From the NCBI GenBank assembly GCA_036275365.1, contig DASUDX010000083.1, positions 18,390 through 82,389 of the forward strand: a stretch of DNA of 64,000 nt, read 5' to 3'. Made by a program: the position numbers and the translations under genes. Origin of the DNA: Nevskiaceae bacterium (GTDB taxonomy: Bacteria > Pseudomonadota > Gammaproteobacteria > Nevskiales > Nevskiaceae). Shown here piece by piece: positions 1-8,531 of this stretch (position 1 is the stretch's first letter; each line of letters starts with the position of its first letter). The notes beneath the pieces are model-generated. The model had not been told where the DNA came from, did no database searches, and saw only the letters and a program-made list of their open reading frames with translations.

Positions 1-872
1 TCGATCACCGCGTGGATGCGCTCGAATAGGCGCGGCACCGCCACCAGAGCGGTGGGACGCTCGCTGGCCAGGTCCTCGATCAGGCTGCGGCTGCCGCCGC
101 CGTAGCAGAGCTCGGCGCCGGCCGCGAGCGGGGTGTAGCAGCCGACCACCCGCTCGTACAGATGCGCCATCGGCAGCAGCGAGAGCAGCCGGTCGCTGGC
201 TTCGGGGCGGATCGCCTGCAGGCAGGCGAACACATTGGCGAGCAGGGCGGCGTGGGAGAGCATCACCCCCTTGGGGCGGCCGGTGCTGCCCGAGGTGTAG
301 ACCAGCGCGGCCAGCTGCTCGCGGTGGGCGCGGCTCTCCGGCAGGCGGCCCTGGGCCGGCAGCCAGCGCGCCAGGGTCTGCGCGCGGCGCTCGTGCAGCG
401 GACGCTCGCCCTGCATCAGTACGATCTCGCGCAGCTCCGGCAGGCCCTGCACGCGCCTGAGCTCGGCCAGGCCCTCGGCATCGCGCAGAAAGGCCAGCCG
501 GGCGCCGCTGTCCGCCAGCAGGAAGGCGGTGCTGGCCGGGGTGTCCTCGACATAGAGGCCGACCACCACCAGGCCCAGGGTGTGGGCCGCCCAGTCGATG
601 GCCAGCCAGTCCGGGCCGTTGGCGATCTGCAGGGCGATGCGGTCCCCGGGGCGCAGCCCCGCGCGCAGCAGCCCATCCGCATAGCAGCCGGCGCGCTCGG
701 CCAGCGCCTGCCAGCTCCAGTCGCGCCACTGGCCATCCTCGCCACGGTGACGCAGGGCGCGCCGCTGCGGGTCCTGCAGCGCCCGCTCGCGGTAGAGCGC
801 GTCCAGGGTCGGCACCCGCAGCGGGTCGAGGGTGGAAACCGGCAGCGCCGGGGGAGACAGGGACGGCACCAT
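1..872 (-). CDS. AMP-dependent synthetase/ligase (long-chain acyl-CoA synthetase-like), 5' part only; gene continues past the left window edge
   Basis: Absent from the ORF track because it has no stop inside the window. My reverse-strand translation from the ATG at 872 gives MVPSLSPPALPVSTLDPLRVPTLDALYRERALQDPQRRALRHRGEDGQWRDWSWQALAERAG...LVYTSGSTGRPKGVMLSH (AMP-binding signature). A GGAG lies ~8 nt upstream, overlapping the stop of the preceding peptidase gene. Third codon positions are G/C-dominated. Confidence 0.8.
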   Translation of the reverse strand, partial: MVPSLSPPALPVSTLDPLRVPTLDALYRERALQDPQRRALRHRGEDGQWRDWSWQALAERAGCYADGLLRAGLRPGDRIALQIANGPDWLAIDWAAHTLGLVVVGLYVEDTPASTAFLLADSGARLAFLRDAEGLAELRRVQGLPELREIVLMQGERPLHERRAQTLARWLPAQGRLPESRAHREQLAALVYTSGSTGRPKGVMLSHAALLANVFACLQAIRPEASDRLLSLLPMAHLYERVVGCYTPLAAGAELCYGGGSRSLIEDLASERPTALVAVPRLFERIHAVI

Positions 873-884
873 GGTGATCGCTCC

Positions 885-2690
885 TCAGACGCCGAGCCAG
901 GCCTGGCGGCGTGCCAGCACGGCGGGATCGACCGCCTCGACCAGACTCAGGGTCCAGGTATCCAGCGGCGGTGGCTGCGGTACCAGGGTGCGCTCCAGCA
1001 GCTCGTCGCCGCGGAACAGATGCACGGTCAGCGGCTGGCCCGCCACACCGGCATCAAGCCGGCGCTGCCACTGGTTGGGGCCGATCCTGAGGCCATCGAG
1101 GGCCACCAGCTGGTCGCCAGCCGACAGACCGGCACGCTGGGCCGGACCATCGGTCAGCACCTGGGCCACGGTGTTCTCCCCGGGCTTCAGGCGCAGCCCG
1201 GCCCACAGGCCCTGGGCGCGCGCCTGGGTACGGCCGCCCTCGTCCAGTGCCGAGGTGGCGGCGCGGCGCTCGGCGCGCACGCCGAAGGCGGCCAGCAGCT
1301 CGGCCAGCGGCAGCTCGGCGGTGCTGTGCAGCCAGTGCTCAAACTCGGCCGAGAGGTCCAGACCGGACAGGCGCTGGGCCATCGCCGCCAGTCCGCCCTC
1401 CGGCACGCCGATGCCGGTGGCGCCGTACTCGCGCCACAGCGCCTGCATCACCGCATCGAGGCTGCTCGTGCTGCGCAGGCGCAGGGTGAGGTCCAGGCAC
1501 AGCGCCACCAGCGCGCCCTTGACGTAGTAGTTGGTGGTGGCGTTGGGGCTGTTCTCGTCCGGCTGGTAGTACTTGATCCAGGTTTCGAAGCTGGCATCGG
1601 CGAGGCTGTGGTGGTGGCGACCGGGCGTGCGCTCGAGCCGGGTGGCGGTCTCCGCCAGCACATCCAGATAGCTCGCCGCCTCCAGCACCCCGGCGCGCAG
1701 CAGGAAGAGGTCGTCGTAGTAGGAGGTGACGCCCTCGTAATGCCAGAGATCGCGGGTGTAGGCCTCGCGCGACAGATCGGATTCGAGGAAGGCCTGCGCG
1801 GTGATGCGCTTGACATTCCAGAGGTGGAAGTACTCGTGCGAGGCCAGCCCGAGGAAGGTGCGGTACTCGCGGCTAAGCCCGGCCTCGCCCGGACGGGGAA
1901 AATCCCCGCGCGAGCAGATCAGCGCGGTGCTGCTGCGGTGCTCCAGACCGCCGTAGCCGGCGGCCACCACATGGGTCAGGAACAGGTACTGGTCGAGCGC
2001 CGGCTGATCGCCGAAGAAGCGACGCTGCACGCCGCAGATGCGGGCCAGATCGGCGCAGACGCGGGCGAAGTCGCCCTGCACCCGGCCGGACAGCACCAGC
2101 GCATGGGGAATGCCCTGGACCTCGAAGTCGTGGCGCTGGAACGCCGCCATCTCCACCGGATGGTCGATCAGGTCCTCGTAATCGGCGGCGCGGTAGCGGC
2201 CAAAGCCCTGCTCGTCCACCGCCACCGCGGGCAGCGTGGTGGCCACCCGCCAGGGCGCGGTCGTCGCCTGGGCCGGGCGCTCGATCACCAGATCCAGGGC
2301 CTCGCGATCCCGGCCGAGCACCCGGTAGCACAGGGAACTGGCGTTGAAGAAACCCCGCTCGCGGTCCAGCCAGGCCTTGCGCACCGATTCATCGGCGGCG
2401 TAGACCGCATAGCGCACCACCACCGGGCCGTCGCCGGCGGGAAGGCGCAGACGGGCCTTGTCGAGCCGCTCCGGGCGCACCGGCAGGCCGGACCTTGTCA
2501 CAGTCAGGTCGAAGACATGCTTGGCGAAGTCGCGGACCAGATAGCTGCCGCGCAGCCAGCCCGGCAGCGCCAGTTCGAGCACCGGATCCCCGGCGGGATC
2601 GATCTCCAGCCGCACCTCGAAGACATGGGCGTCGAGGCGGGCGGGAACGACGGTGTAGCGCAGACGGGCAGCAGCGGGGGAGGCGCTCAC
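885..2690 (-). CDS. M61 family metallopeptidase (glycyl aminopeptidase-like) with C-terminal PDZ domain
   Basis: 601-aa ORF with the zinc motif HEYFHLWNVK (HExxH) and a C-terminal PDZ-like segment GLSAGDQLVALDGLRI. It lies in tandem with, and 12 nt upstream of, the acyl-CoA ligase gene. Confidence 0.85.
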   Translation of the reverse strand: MSASPAAARLRYTVVPARLDAHVFEVRLEIDPAGDPVLELALPGWLRGSYLVRDFAKHVFDLTVTRSGLPVRPERLDKARLRLPAGDGPVVVRYAVYAADESVRKAWLDRERGFFNASSLCYRVLGRDREALDLVIERPAQATTAPWRVATTLPAVAVDEQGFGRYRAADYEDLIDHPVEMAAFQRHDFEVQGIPHALVLSGRVQGDFARVCADLARICGVQRRFFGDQPALDQYLFLTHVVAAGYGGLEHRSSTALICSRGDFPRPGEAGLSREYRTFLGLASHEYFHLWNVKRITAQAFLESDLSREAYTRDLWHYEGVTSYYDDLFLLRAGVLEAASYLDVLAETATRLERTPGRHHHSLADASFETWIKYYQPDENSPNATTNYYVKGALVALCLDLTLRLRSTSSLDAVMQALWREYGATGIGVPEGGLAAMAQRLSGLDLSAEFEHWLHSTAELPLAELLAAFGVRAERRAATSALDEGGRTQARAQGLWAGLRLKPGENTVAQVLTDGPAQRAGLSAGDQLVALDGLRIGPNQWQRRLDAGVAGQPLTVHLFRGDELLERTLVPQPPPLDTWTLSLVEAVDPAVLARRQAWLGV

Positions 2691-2773
2691 GCGGGGGCGG
2701 TCGGCAACCAGGGGACGCGCAGTCTACGCCCGGCACCCGGCGCTCGCTATTGCAGTGCAACAAATGGTGAGGG

Positions 2774-2801
2774 CTGTCATCGAATGACCGGGGGCCGTCA
2801 C
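2774..2801 (+). promoter_or_regulatory. Putative Pho-box-like direct repeat upstream of phoX
   Basis: CTGTCAT (2774-2780) and CCGTCAC (2795-2801) both resemble the E. coli Pho-box heptamer CTGTCAT. They are 21 bp apart and lie ~90-115 bp upstream of the phoX ATG. The heptamer in 11-bp phase between them (TGACCGG) is poor, so this is not a canonical 18-bp box. Confidence 0.3.
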
Positions 2802-2891
2802 AAAACCGCCCCGGATCGTTCACGCGGGCTACCTAGAGTCGACGAGCGGTAGTCCTCCCAGCCGTGAACGAATCAGCAAGGAAGAGAGCGC

Positions 2892-5069
2892 ATGTCGAAT
2901 CCCGAGCAGTCCCTGAGCTTCACCGTCGACCACGACGACGACGTCTGCACCAACCCCTCCACCACTCCGCACTTCGCCGAGATCCTCGAGCAGCGCGTGT
3001 CTCGCCGCGGCGTGCTCAAGGGCGGCATGGGCGCCGCCGCCGCCACCTTCGTCGGCGGCAGCCTGCTGGCCGCGCCCGAGGCCCGGGCCCAGACCAGCCT
3101 GACGCTGGGCTTCAACGCCGTCGGCAAGACGCTCGCCGACCAGGTCACCGTGCCCGAGGGCTACTCGGTGTCGGTGCTCACCGCCAAGGGCGATCCGCTC
3201 GCCGACGCGGTGAGCGACTACCTCAACGACGGCAGCCAGACCGATTTCGAGATGCGCGTGGGCGACGAGCACGACGCGCTCTACTACTTCGGCATGGATG
3301 CCAACGGTGGCTTCGATCCCAGCAACAGCAACCGCGGCCTGCTGGTGATGAACCACGAGGTGACCCGTCCGGAGCAGCTGTTCAGCGACGGCGCCCGGGT
3401 GCGTCCCGACGGCGCCCGCCCGGCCTTCCAGGTGCGCGCCGAGATGCAGGCGCACGGCGTGTCGGTGATCGAGATCGCCAAGGACGGCAACGGCCGCTTC
3501 CAGGTGGTGCGCAACTCGCCGTTCAACCGCCGCGTGCACGGCTACACGCCGATGAACATCCGCGGCCCGATGCGCGGCAACGCCCTGGCGGTCACCGCCT
3601 ATTCGACCCGCGGTCTGCGGACCCGCGGCACCCTCAACAACTGCGCCAACGGCTACACCCCCTGGGGCACCTACCTCACCTGCGAGGAGAACTGGGCCGG
3701 CTACTTCACCCGCACCCCGGGCAGCGAGAGCCTGTTCAGCGCCAAGGAGCTGCAGAGCCACACCCGTTATGGCGTGGGCAGCTCGGGCAACAGCCGCTAC
3801 CAGTGGGAGCGCGGCCCGGCCAGCTACATGAAGCGTCACAACATCACCCCGACCGGCGCCAGCGCCGCCGAGGACTTCCGCAACGAGGCCTTCCTGCAGG
3901 GCTGGGTGGTGGAGATCGATCCGTTCAGCCCCGCCAGCCTGCCGCAGAAGCGCACCGCGCTCGGCCGCTTCGCCCATGAGGGCGCCTGGGTGGGCCCGGT
4001 GGTCGCCGGTCAGCCGATCGTCTACTACATGGGTTGCGACTCCCGTAACGAGTACGTCTACAAGTTCGTCAGCGCCCGCAACTGGGATCCGGCGGATGTC
4101 GGCGGCGGCGTGGCGGCGGGCCACAAGTATCTGGATCGCGGCACTCTCTACGCGGCCAAGTTCAAGGCCGACGGCAGCGGCGAGTGGGTGGAGCTGAGCT
4201 TTGGCGTCAACGGTCTGGATGCCAGCAACAGCCTCTATCCCTTCGCCGATCAGGCGGATGTGGTGTGCAACGCCCGTCTGGCCGCCGACAGCGTGGGCGC
4301 GACGCCGATGGACCGTCCGGAGTGGGCCGCGGTGAACCCGCTCAACGGCGAGGTCTATCTGACCCTGACCAACAACTCCAACCGCCGGGTCATGCCGAGC
4401 AGCAGCTCGCATCGTCCGGTCGATGCCGCCAACCCGCGTGACTTCAATGATCCGGAAGCCACCAGCAACCCGAACCTCCCGGGAGGCGGCAACCGCAATG
4501 GCCACATCATCCGCTGGGCCGAGGCGGGCAATGATCCGACCGCTCTCGCCTTCCAGTGGGACATCTACCTGTTCGGCGCCCAGGCCAATGCCGACGCGGC
4601 ACGGGTGAACCTCTCGGGCCTGACCGCGGAGAACGATTTCTCCAGCCCGGATGGCCTCTGGTTCGGCCGCGAGTCCCACGCCGGTGCCGGTCTGCTGTGG
4701 ATCCAGACCGACGACGGCGCCTACACCGACACCACCAACTGCATGATGCTGGCCGCCATTCCGGGCCAGGTCGGCGACGGCGGCACGGTGGCGGTCAATG
4801 GCGTGACCACCTTCCGCGGGGCGGTGGCGACGCCCTCCACGGTGCGGCGCTTCCTGGTCGGTCCGCTGGGCTGCGAAATCACCGGGGTGGACACCACGCC
4901 GGACGGGCGCACCATGTTCGTCAACATCCAGCATCCGGGTGAGGACGGCGCGCCGGGCAGCCAGCAGAGCGGCTGGCCGTCCAACCAGTTCGCTGGCCTG
5001 CCGGGCGATCGCCCGCGCTCGGCCACCGTGGTGATCACCAAGAACGACGGCGGCATCATCGGGCTGTAA
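2892..5069 (+). CDS. phoX: PhoX-family alkaline phosphatase (DUF839), Tat-exported
   Basis: 725-aa ORF with the twin-arginine signal VSRRGVLKGGMGAAAATFVGG...ARAQT. PhoX-like blocks are present: GLLVMNHEV, NNCANGYTPWGTYLTCEENW, RFAHEGAWV, SSPDGLWF, MFVNIQHPGE. An AGGAAG/GAGAG purine run precedes the ATG. Confidence 0.9.
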   Translation: MSNPEQSLSFTVDHDDDVCTNPSTTPHFAEILEQRVSRRGVLKGGMGAAAATFVGGSLLAAPEARAQTSLTLGFNAVGKTLADQVTVPEGYSVSVLTAKGDPLADAVSDYLNDGSQTDFEMRVGDEHDALYYFGMDANGGFDPSNSNRGLLVMNHEVTRPEQLFSDGARVRPDGARPAFQVRAEMQAHGVSVIEIAKDGNGRFQVVRNSPFNRRVHGYTPMNIRGPMRGNALAVTAYSTRGLRTRGTLNNCANGYTPWGTYLTCEENWAGYFTRTPGSESLFSAKELQSHTRYGVGSSGNSRYQWERGPASYMKRHNITPTGASAAEDFRNEAFLQGWVVEIDPFSPASLPQKRTALGRFAHEGAWVGPVVAGQPIVYYMGCDSRNEYVYKFVSARNWDPADVGGGVAAGHKYLDRGTLYAAKFKADGSGEWVELSFGVNGLDASNSLYPFADQADVVCNARLAADSVGATPMDRPEWAAVNPLNGEVYLTLTNNSNRRVMPSSSSHRPVDAANPRDFNDPEATSNPNLPGGGNRNGHIIRWAEAGNDPTALAFQWDIYLFGAQANADAARVNLSGLTAENDFSSPDGLWFGRESHAGAGLLWIQTDDGAYTDTTNCMMLAAIPGQVGDGGTVAVNGVTTFRGAVATPSTVRRFLVGPLGCEITGVDTTPDGRTMFVNIQHPGEDGAPGSQQSGWPSNQFAGLPGDRPRSATVVITKNDGGIIGL

Positions 5070-5102
5070 GGCCCCAGGCCGTCCACGCAGTCGTGGTATC
5101 CG

Positions 5103-5133
5103 GGGGTCCGTGCGCAGGCACGGACCCCTTTTT
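5103..5133 (+). terminator. Rho-independent terminator after phoX
   Basis: GGGGTCCGTGC (5103-5113), loop GCAG, GCACGGACCCC (5118-5128), followed by TTTTT (5129-5133). It begins 34 nt after the phoX stop. Confidence 0.7.
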
Positions 5134-5160
5134 CGTGCCGAGGATCCAGGAGTCTCGTCG

Positions 5161-6810
5161 ATGAGAAAGCGCTCTTTGCTGGCCGCCCTGCTGGGGGCCT
5201 GCTGCGGGCTTGCCGCCCTGCCGGTGCAGGCGGTGCTGCCCACGGCCCGGGTGGGCGATCTGGACGGCGATGGCCAGGCCGATCAGGTGCTGATGGTGGG
5301 CGGTGACGCCGAGCTACGCGCCAGCAGCGACGGCCGCCTGCTGCAGCGCCTGGCGCTGGATCCGGGGGTGCTCGCCCTGCTCGGCCGCAGCGGCGGGCTG
5401 CTGCAGATCCTGCGCCAGGACCCGACCGGGGTCGCGGTGCTGGAGCAGCGCCGGCTGCCCGAGGGCACCGAAGCGAGCCGCCAGATCTTCCCGGCGGGTC
5501 TCGAGGCCTGGCGGCTGGAGGCGCTGGGGCCGCAGACCGCGGTCTGGCTGCGCGATGCCGAGGGCCGTCTGCAGGTGCAGCAGCTCGATGGCCAGGGACA
5601 GCGCCTGGACCGGCGCCTGTTCCCGGCCGGTTTCATCGCCGATGAGGTTCTCGCCAGCCCCCTGCCGGACGGGGCCCTGCAGGCCCTGGCGGTCGGCCGG
5701 GATGCCCGCCAGAACAGCCTGCTGGTCTCGCGCTCGACCCAGGCTGATCGGGTCTGGCAGCAGCGGCTGTCGCCGCATGAGCAGGCCCTGGCGCTGCTGC
5801 GGCAGGAGCAGAGCCTGTGGCTGCTGCTGCAGGACTTGCGCAGCGACCGCTGGTTCCTGCAGCAGCATCAGCTGCTCGATGGCGCGCGGCTGCAGCGGCT
5901 GGGCTTGCCGGCCACCGCGGCGCTGACCGATGCGGTGGTCATCGCCGACCAGCTGGTGCTGCTGGTTCAGGAAGCCGGGCGCCCGGCCCTGCTGCGCCGC
6001 CAGGCGGACGGCAGCCTGCTGCGGCAGGCGCTGGCGCGTGGCGATCAGGGCCTGGGGCTGAGCGTCTCCACCAGCGGCGAGCTGCAGGTGCTGACCCTGG
6101 ACGCGAGCGACCGGCCGCGGGTGGAGGGCTATGACGGCGACGGCCAGCGGCTGCGCCAGCTGCGCTTTCCGGCCCTGAGCGCGCCGCAGATCGAGACCGC
6201 CGAGCTGCCGGTGGCGGCCGATGCCACGCTCTATGGCAGCGCCGACGGCAGTCTCGCCAACGGCGCGGGCGAGCACCTCTTCGTCGGCGCGGCCGGCACC
6301 GGCGATGCCCGGCGCGCGCTGCTGGCGGTGGATCTCACCGCGCTGCCGGGCGGCGCCACCCTGCTGTCCGGCGAGCTGCGGCTGAGCCTGTCGCGCAGCC
6401 GCGCCAACCTGCCTCAGCCGCTGCTGCTGCACCGCGCCCTGGCCAGCTGGAACGAGGGGCCCTCGCGCCCGGGAGGCGAGGAAGGCGCCGGTACCGCCTC
6501 GCAGGCCGGAGATGTGACCTGGCGGCACCGCCGCTTTCCCGATCTGCTGTGGCGCGCGGCCGGTGGGGATTTCGGACGGCGGGCGCATCTGCGCGCCGAG
6601 GTCGGCTTCGGTCCCAACACCCTGGCGCTGGGGCCGGCGACCGTCGCCGATCTGCGCGCCTGGCAGCAGCAGCCGGGGCTCAACCACGGCTGGCTGCTGA
6701 GGGCCGACGAGGGTCGCGCCGACCAGGCGATGCGCTTTGATTCGCGCAGCAACCCGCTGCCGGAAACCCGCCCCGCCCTGCGACTGCGCTGGCTGCAGCC
6801 GGTGTTCTGA
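5161..6810 (+). CDS. Secreted protein of unknown function: signal peptide, FG-GAP/DxDxDG-like N-terminal motif, internally repetitive middle, C-terminal DNRLRE-type domain
   Basis: I place the start at ATG 5161 (MRKRSLLAALLGACCGLAALPVQA signal peptide, AGGAG ~10 nt upstream) rather than the track's GTG at 5110, which lies inside the terminator hairpin. Motifs seen are VGDLDGDGQADQV, the repeated DGQGQRLDRRLFPAGF / DGDGQRLRQLRFPALS, and a C-terminal region (LLAVDLTALPGGATLLSGELRLSL...ALASWNEG...VTW...MRFDSRSNPLPETRPALRLRW) resembling DNRLRE domains. Confidence 0.75.
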   Translation: MRKRSLLAALLGACCGLAALPVQAVLPTARVGDLDGDGQADQVLMVGGDAELRASSDGRLLQRLALDPGVLALLGRSGGLLQILRQDPTGVAVLEQRRLPEGTEASRQIFPAGLEAWRLEALGPQTAVWLRDAEGRLQVQQLDGQGQRLDRRLFPAGFIADEVLASPLPDGALQALAVGRDARQNSLLVSRSTQADRVWQQRLSPHEQALALLRQEQSLWLLLQDLRSDRWFLQQHQLLDGARLQRLGLPATAALTDAVVIADQLVLLVQEAGRPALLRRQADGSLLRQALARGDQGLGLSVSTSGELQVLTLDASDRPRVEGYDGDGQRLRQLRFPALSAPQIETAELPVAADATLYGSADGSLANGAGEHLFVGAAGTGDARRALLAVDLTALPGGATLLSGELRLSLSRSRANLPQPLLLHRALASWNEGPSRPGGEEGAGTASQAGDVTWRHRRFPDLLWRAAGGDFGRRAHLRAEVGFGPNTLALGPATVADLRAWQQQPGLNHGWLLRADEGRADQAMRFDSRSNPLPETRPALRLRWLQPVF

Positions 6811-6821
6811 GGCGGCCGGCC

Positions 6822-8474
6822 TCAGCCGCCGGGGCCGCGCAGGAACACCGGATTGCCGATCACCGTGCGGGTGCGCGCATCGCGCACCTCGATGCGCCAG
6901 TGGGTGCCCAGCGGGCCCTCGCTGGCCGGATCGCGCTGCACCGCCAGCCGGTGCACATAGGGGTCGCTCGGCACCGCCACGCTGAGCACCGCCTGGCCGT
7001 TGCGGTGGTAGCTGAGGACCTGGCCGGCGGCACCCTCCAGGGTGGTGGTGAGGGTCACCGTCTCGCCCTCGCCGGCGTCCAGCACATCGCCATAGATGCC
7101 GCGCCGGCCGTCGGCGGTCTCGGCCTCGAAGGTCACCGCCGGGCTGCCGGCGACGCCGCGGGTGCGCACATAGGCATGCCCGGCCTGGATCGCCCGCTTG
7201 AGAGCCGGCCGTGATAATTCATCCGCAAATACGGCGGTTGCGGATGATCCATAACCCTTGCGGGCGCGCTCCGCCGGGGCATCCACGCCCTTCGAATCGG
7301 ATCCGGACACGGCGGTGATCTTGAACCCCTCCTGCAGCCGCGCCTCCCAGTAGGCGATGGCGGTGGCGACGAAGGGCTGCTCGATGGCCAGATCCCCGGG
7401 CAGGGGCAGGCCGATGTCGCTGCCGGTGGCGAGAATCGGCCCGGTCAGCACCTCGAGGGTGTCGACCTGCCGCCAGTCGATCTCCCCGCCCAGCTCGAAC
7501 TCGCAGCCGCGGCAGAAGTTCTGGAAGGCAGGACCGGGAAACAGGGTCGGATGGTTGACCTGGAACAGCGCGCCATCGGCCTTGGCCAGGCGCTGGATCT
7601 CGCCGAGGCGCACGGTCTCGAAGCCATGCCGGTAGTCCAGCACCGAGGGCGTCTCGCCATGGGTATTGGCATGGCCGAAGTAGGTGATGATCTCGCGGCC
7701 CGGCCAGATCAGCAGGTCCGGATGCCGGCGCTGGGTGGCGCCCAGGGTCTGCCAGTGCCGGCCGGTCACATACTCGGTGACCATCAGGAAATCCAGCTGG
7801 GCGGCCCGGCTCTGGGCGATGAACTCGTCGTCCTCCGGTCCGTCGGGCTGGGAATGGAAGGCGTGCATGTGGAAGTCGCCGTGGTACCAGCCCGGGGCCC
7901 GGCGGGCGACATGCAGGGGATCGACCGCATCCACGGCGGCCAGCGCCTCGCCGGGGCGGTCCAGGCAGCGGATCTCGACCCGGTAGTCGGCGCCCTGCGG
8001 CGCGACCGCGGCGATGCCCAGATCCACCGTCCACACCCCGGGCTCGATCGGCCCCGGCTGGAAGCCGCGGTCGGCGGCCCCGGCCTCGATGAAGATCGGC
8101 GGCTGATCGCGGTCCAGCCGGCCCTGTCGCGAGCCGCCCCAGCCGCGCGCCGCGCGCACGCTGAACAGGCCATCGGCATCGAACAGGCCCAGATCCAGGG
8201 TGGTGGCGGTGAGCGGACTGGCCGGCGGCCCCGGGCGGTCGGTCCAGCCATAGCGCAGCTCCAGGCGCTGGCTGCCCTCGGCCACCGCGAACGGCAGCGC
8301 GCGGTGGCTGCGCGCCTCGGCCGGGCTGACCGCGCCTTCCAGCACCAGCAGCGGACCGCCCGGGCGGCACTCGCCCAGTGGCGCAGCGGCGGACAGCGGG
8401 CCGTCCGAACAGGCGGCGAGCAGGCTGACGAGGCTCAGGGCCGGGGCGAGACGCAGAGCAGGAGAGGAGCGCAT
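6822..8474 (-). CDS. PHP-domain (CehA/McbA-like) metal-dependent phosphoesterase lipoprotein
   Basis: This is the lower part of the 1196-aa track ORF. The start is set at ATG 8474 (MRSSPALRLAPALSLVSLLAAC, lipobox LAAC). PHP signature WYHGDFHMHAFHS is present, followed by TYFGHANTHGE. About 190 aa of non-PHP sequence lies between the lipobox and the PHP domain. Confidence 0.8.
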   Translation of the reverse strand: MRSSPALRLAPALSLVSLLAACSDGPLSAAAPLGECRPGGPLLVLEGAVSPAEARSHRALPFAVAEGSQRLELRYGWTDRPGPPASPLTATTLDLGLFDADGLFSVRAARGWGGSRQGRLDRDQPPIFIEAGAADRGFQPGPIEPGVWTVDLGIAAVAPQGADYRVEIRCLDRPGEALAAVDAVDPLHVARRAPGWYHGDFHMHAFHSQPDGPEDDEFIAQSRAAQLDFLMVTEYVTGRHWQTLGATQRRHPDLLIWPGREIITYFGHANTHGETPSVLDYRHGFETVRLGEIQRLAKADGALFQVNHPTLFPGPAFQNFCRGCEFELGGEIDWRQVDTLEVLTGPILATGSDIGLPLPGDLAIEQPFVATAIAYWEARLQEGFKITAVSGSDSKGVDAPAERARKGYGSSATAVFADELSRPALKRAIQAGHAYVRTRGVAGSPAVTFEAETADGRRGIYGDVLDAGEGETVTLTTTLEGAAGQVLSYHRNGQAVLSVAVPSDPYVHRLAVQRDPASEGPLGTHWRIEVRDARTRTVIGNPVFLRGPGG

Positions 8475-8531
8475 GCTGGCACTGTACCGCCGGGCGCCGG
8501 ATGATCCGGTGACAGCGTCAAAGGAGGGAGG

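Noticed and set aside
162-2852. 896-aa plus-strand ORF spanning the first 2.8 kb
   Set aside because: It is antisense to two motif-bearing genes, the AMP-binding ligase (STGRPKG) and the M61 peptidase (HEYFH). Its own translation is low-complexity Ala/Gly/Arg/Gln-rich with no motif. This is the classic stop-free antisense frame of very GC-rich DNA.
5110-5160. Track start (GTG 5110) for the secreted-protein ORF
   Set aside because: The GTG lies inside the stem of the phoX terminator hairpin and adds 17 non-signal residues. ATG 5161 has AGGAG upstream and begins a canonical signal peptide.
2829-5243. 804-aa minus-strand ORF
   Set aside because: It is antisense to phoX, which has a Tat signal and PhoX-specific blocks. 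The antisense translation is Ala/Gly/Arg/His-rich with no recognisable domain.
5314-6687. 457-aa minus-strand ORF opposite the secreted DNRLRE-type protein
   Set aside because: The plus-strand frame has a signal peptide, an RBS and a recognisable C-terminal domain. The minus frame is Gln/Arg/Ala/Gly low complexity. This is the least certain strand choice in the window, because the plus-strand middle region is itself unassigned.
8509-8515. Single Pho-box-like heptamer (CTGTCAC on the minus strand) upstream of the PHP lipoprotein gene
   Set aside because: Only one half-site is present, with no phased partner. It lies ~35 nt from the start codon, too close for a -35-replacing Pho box unless the mRNA is nearly leaderless.
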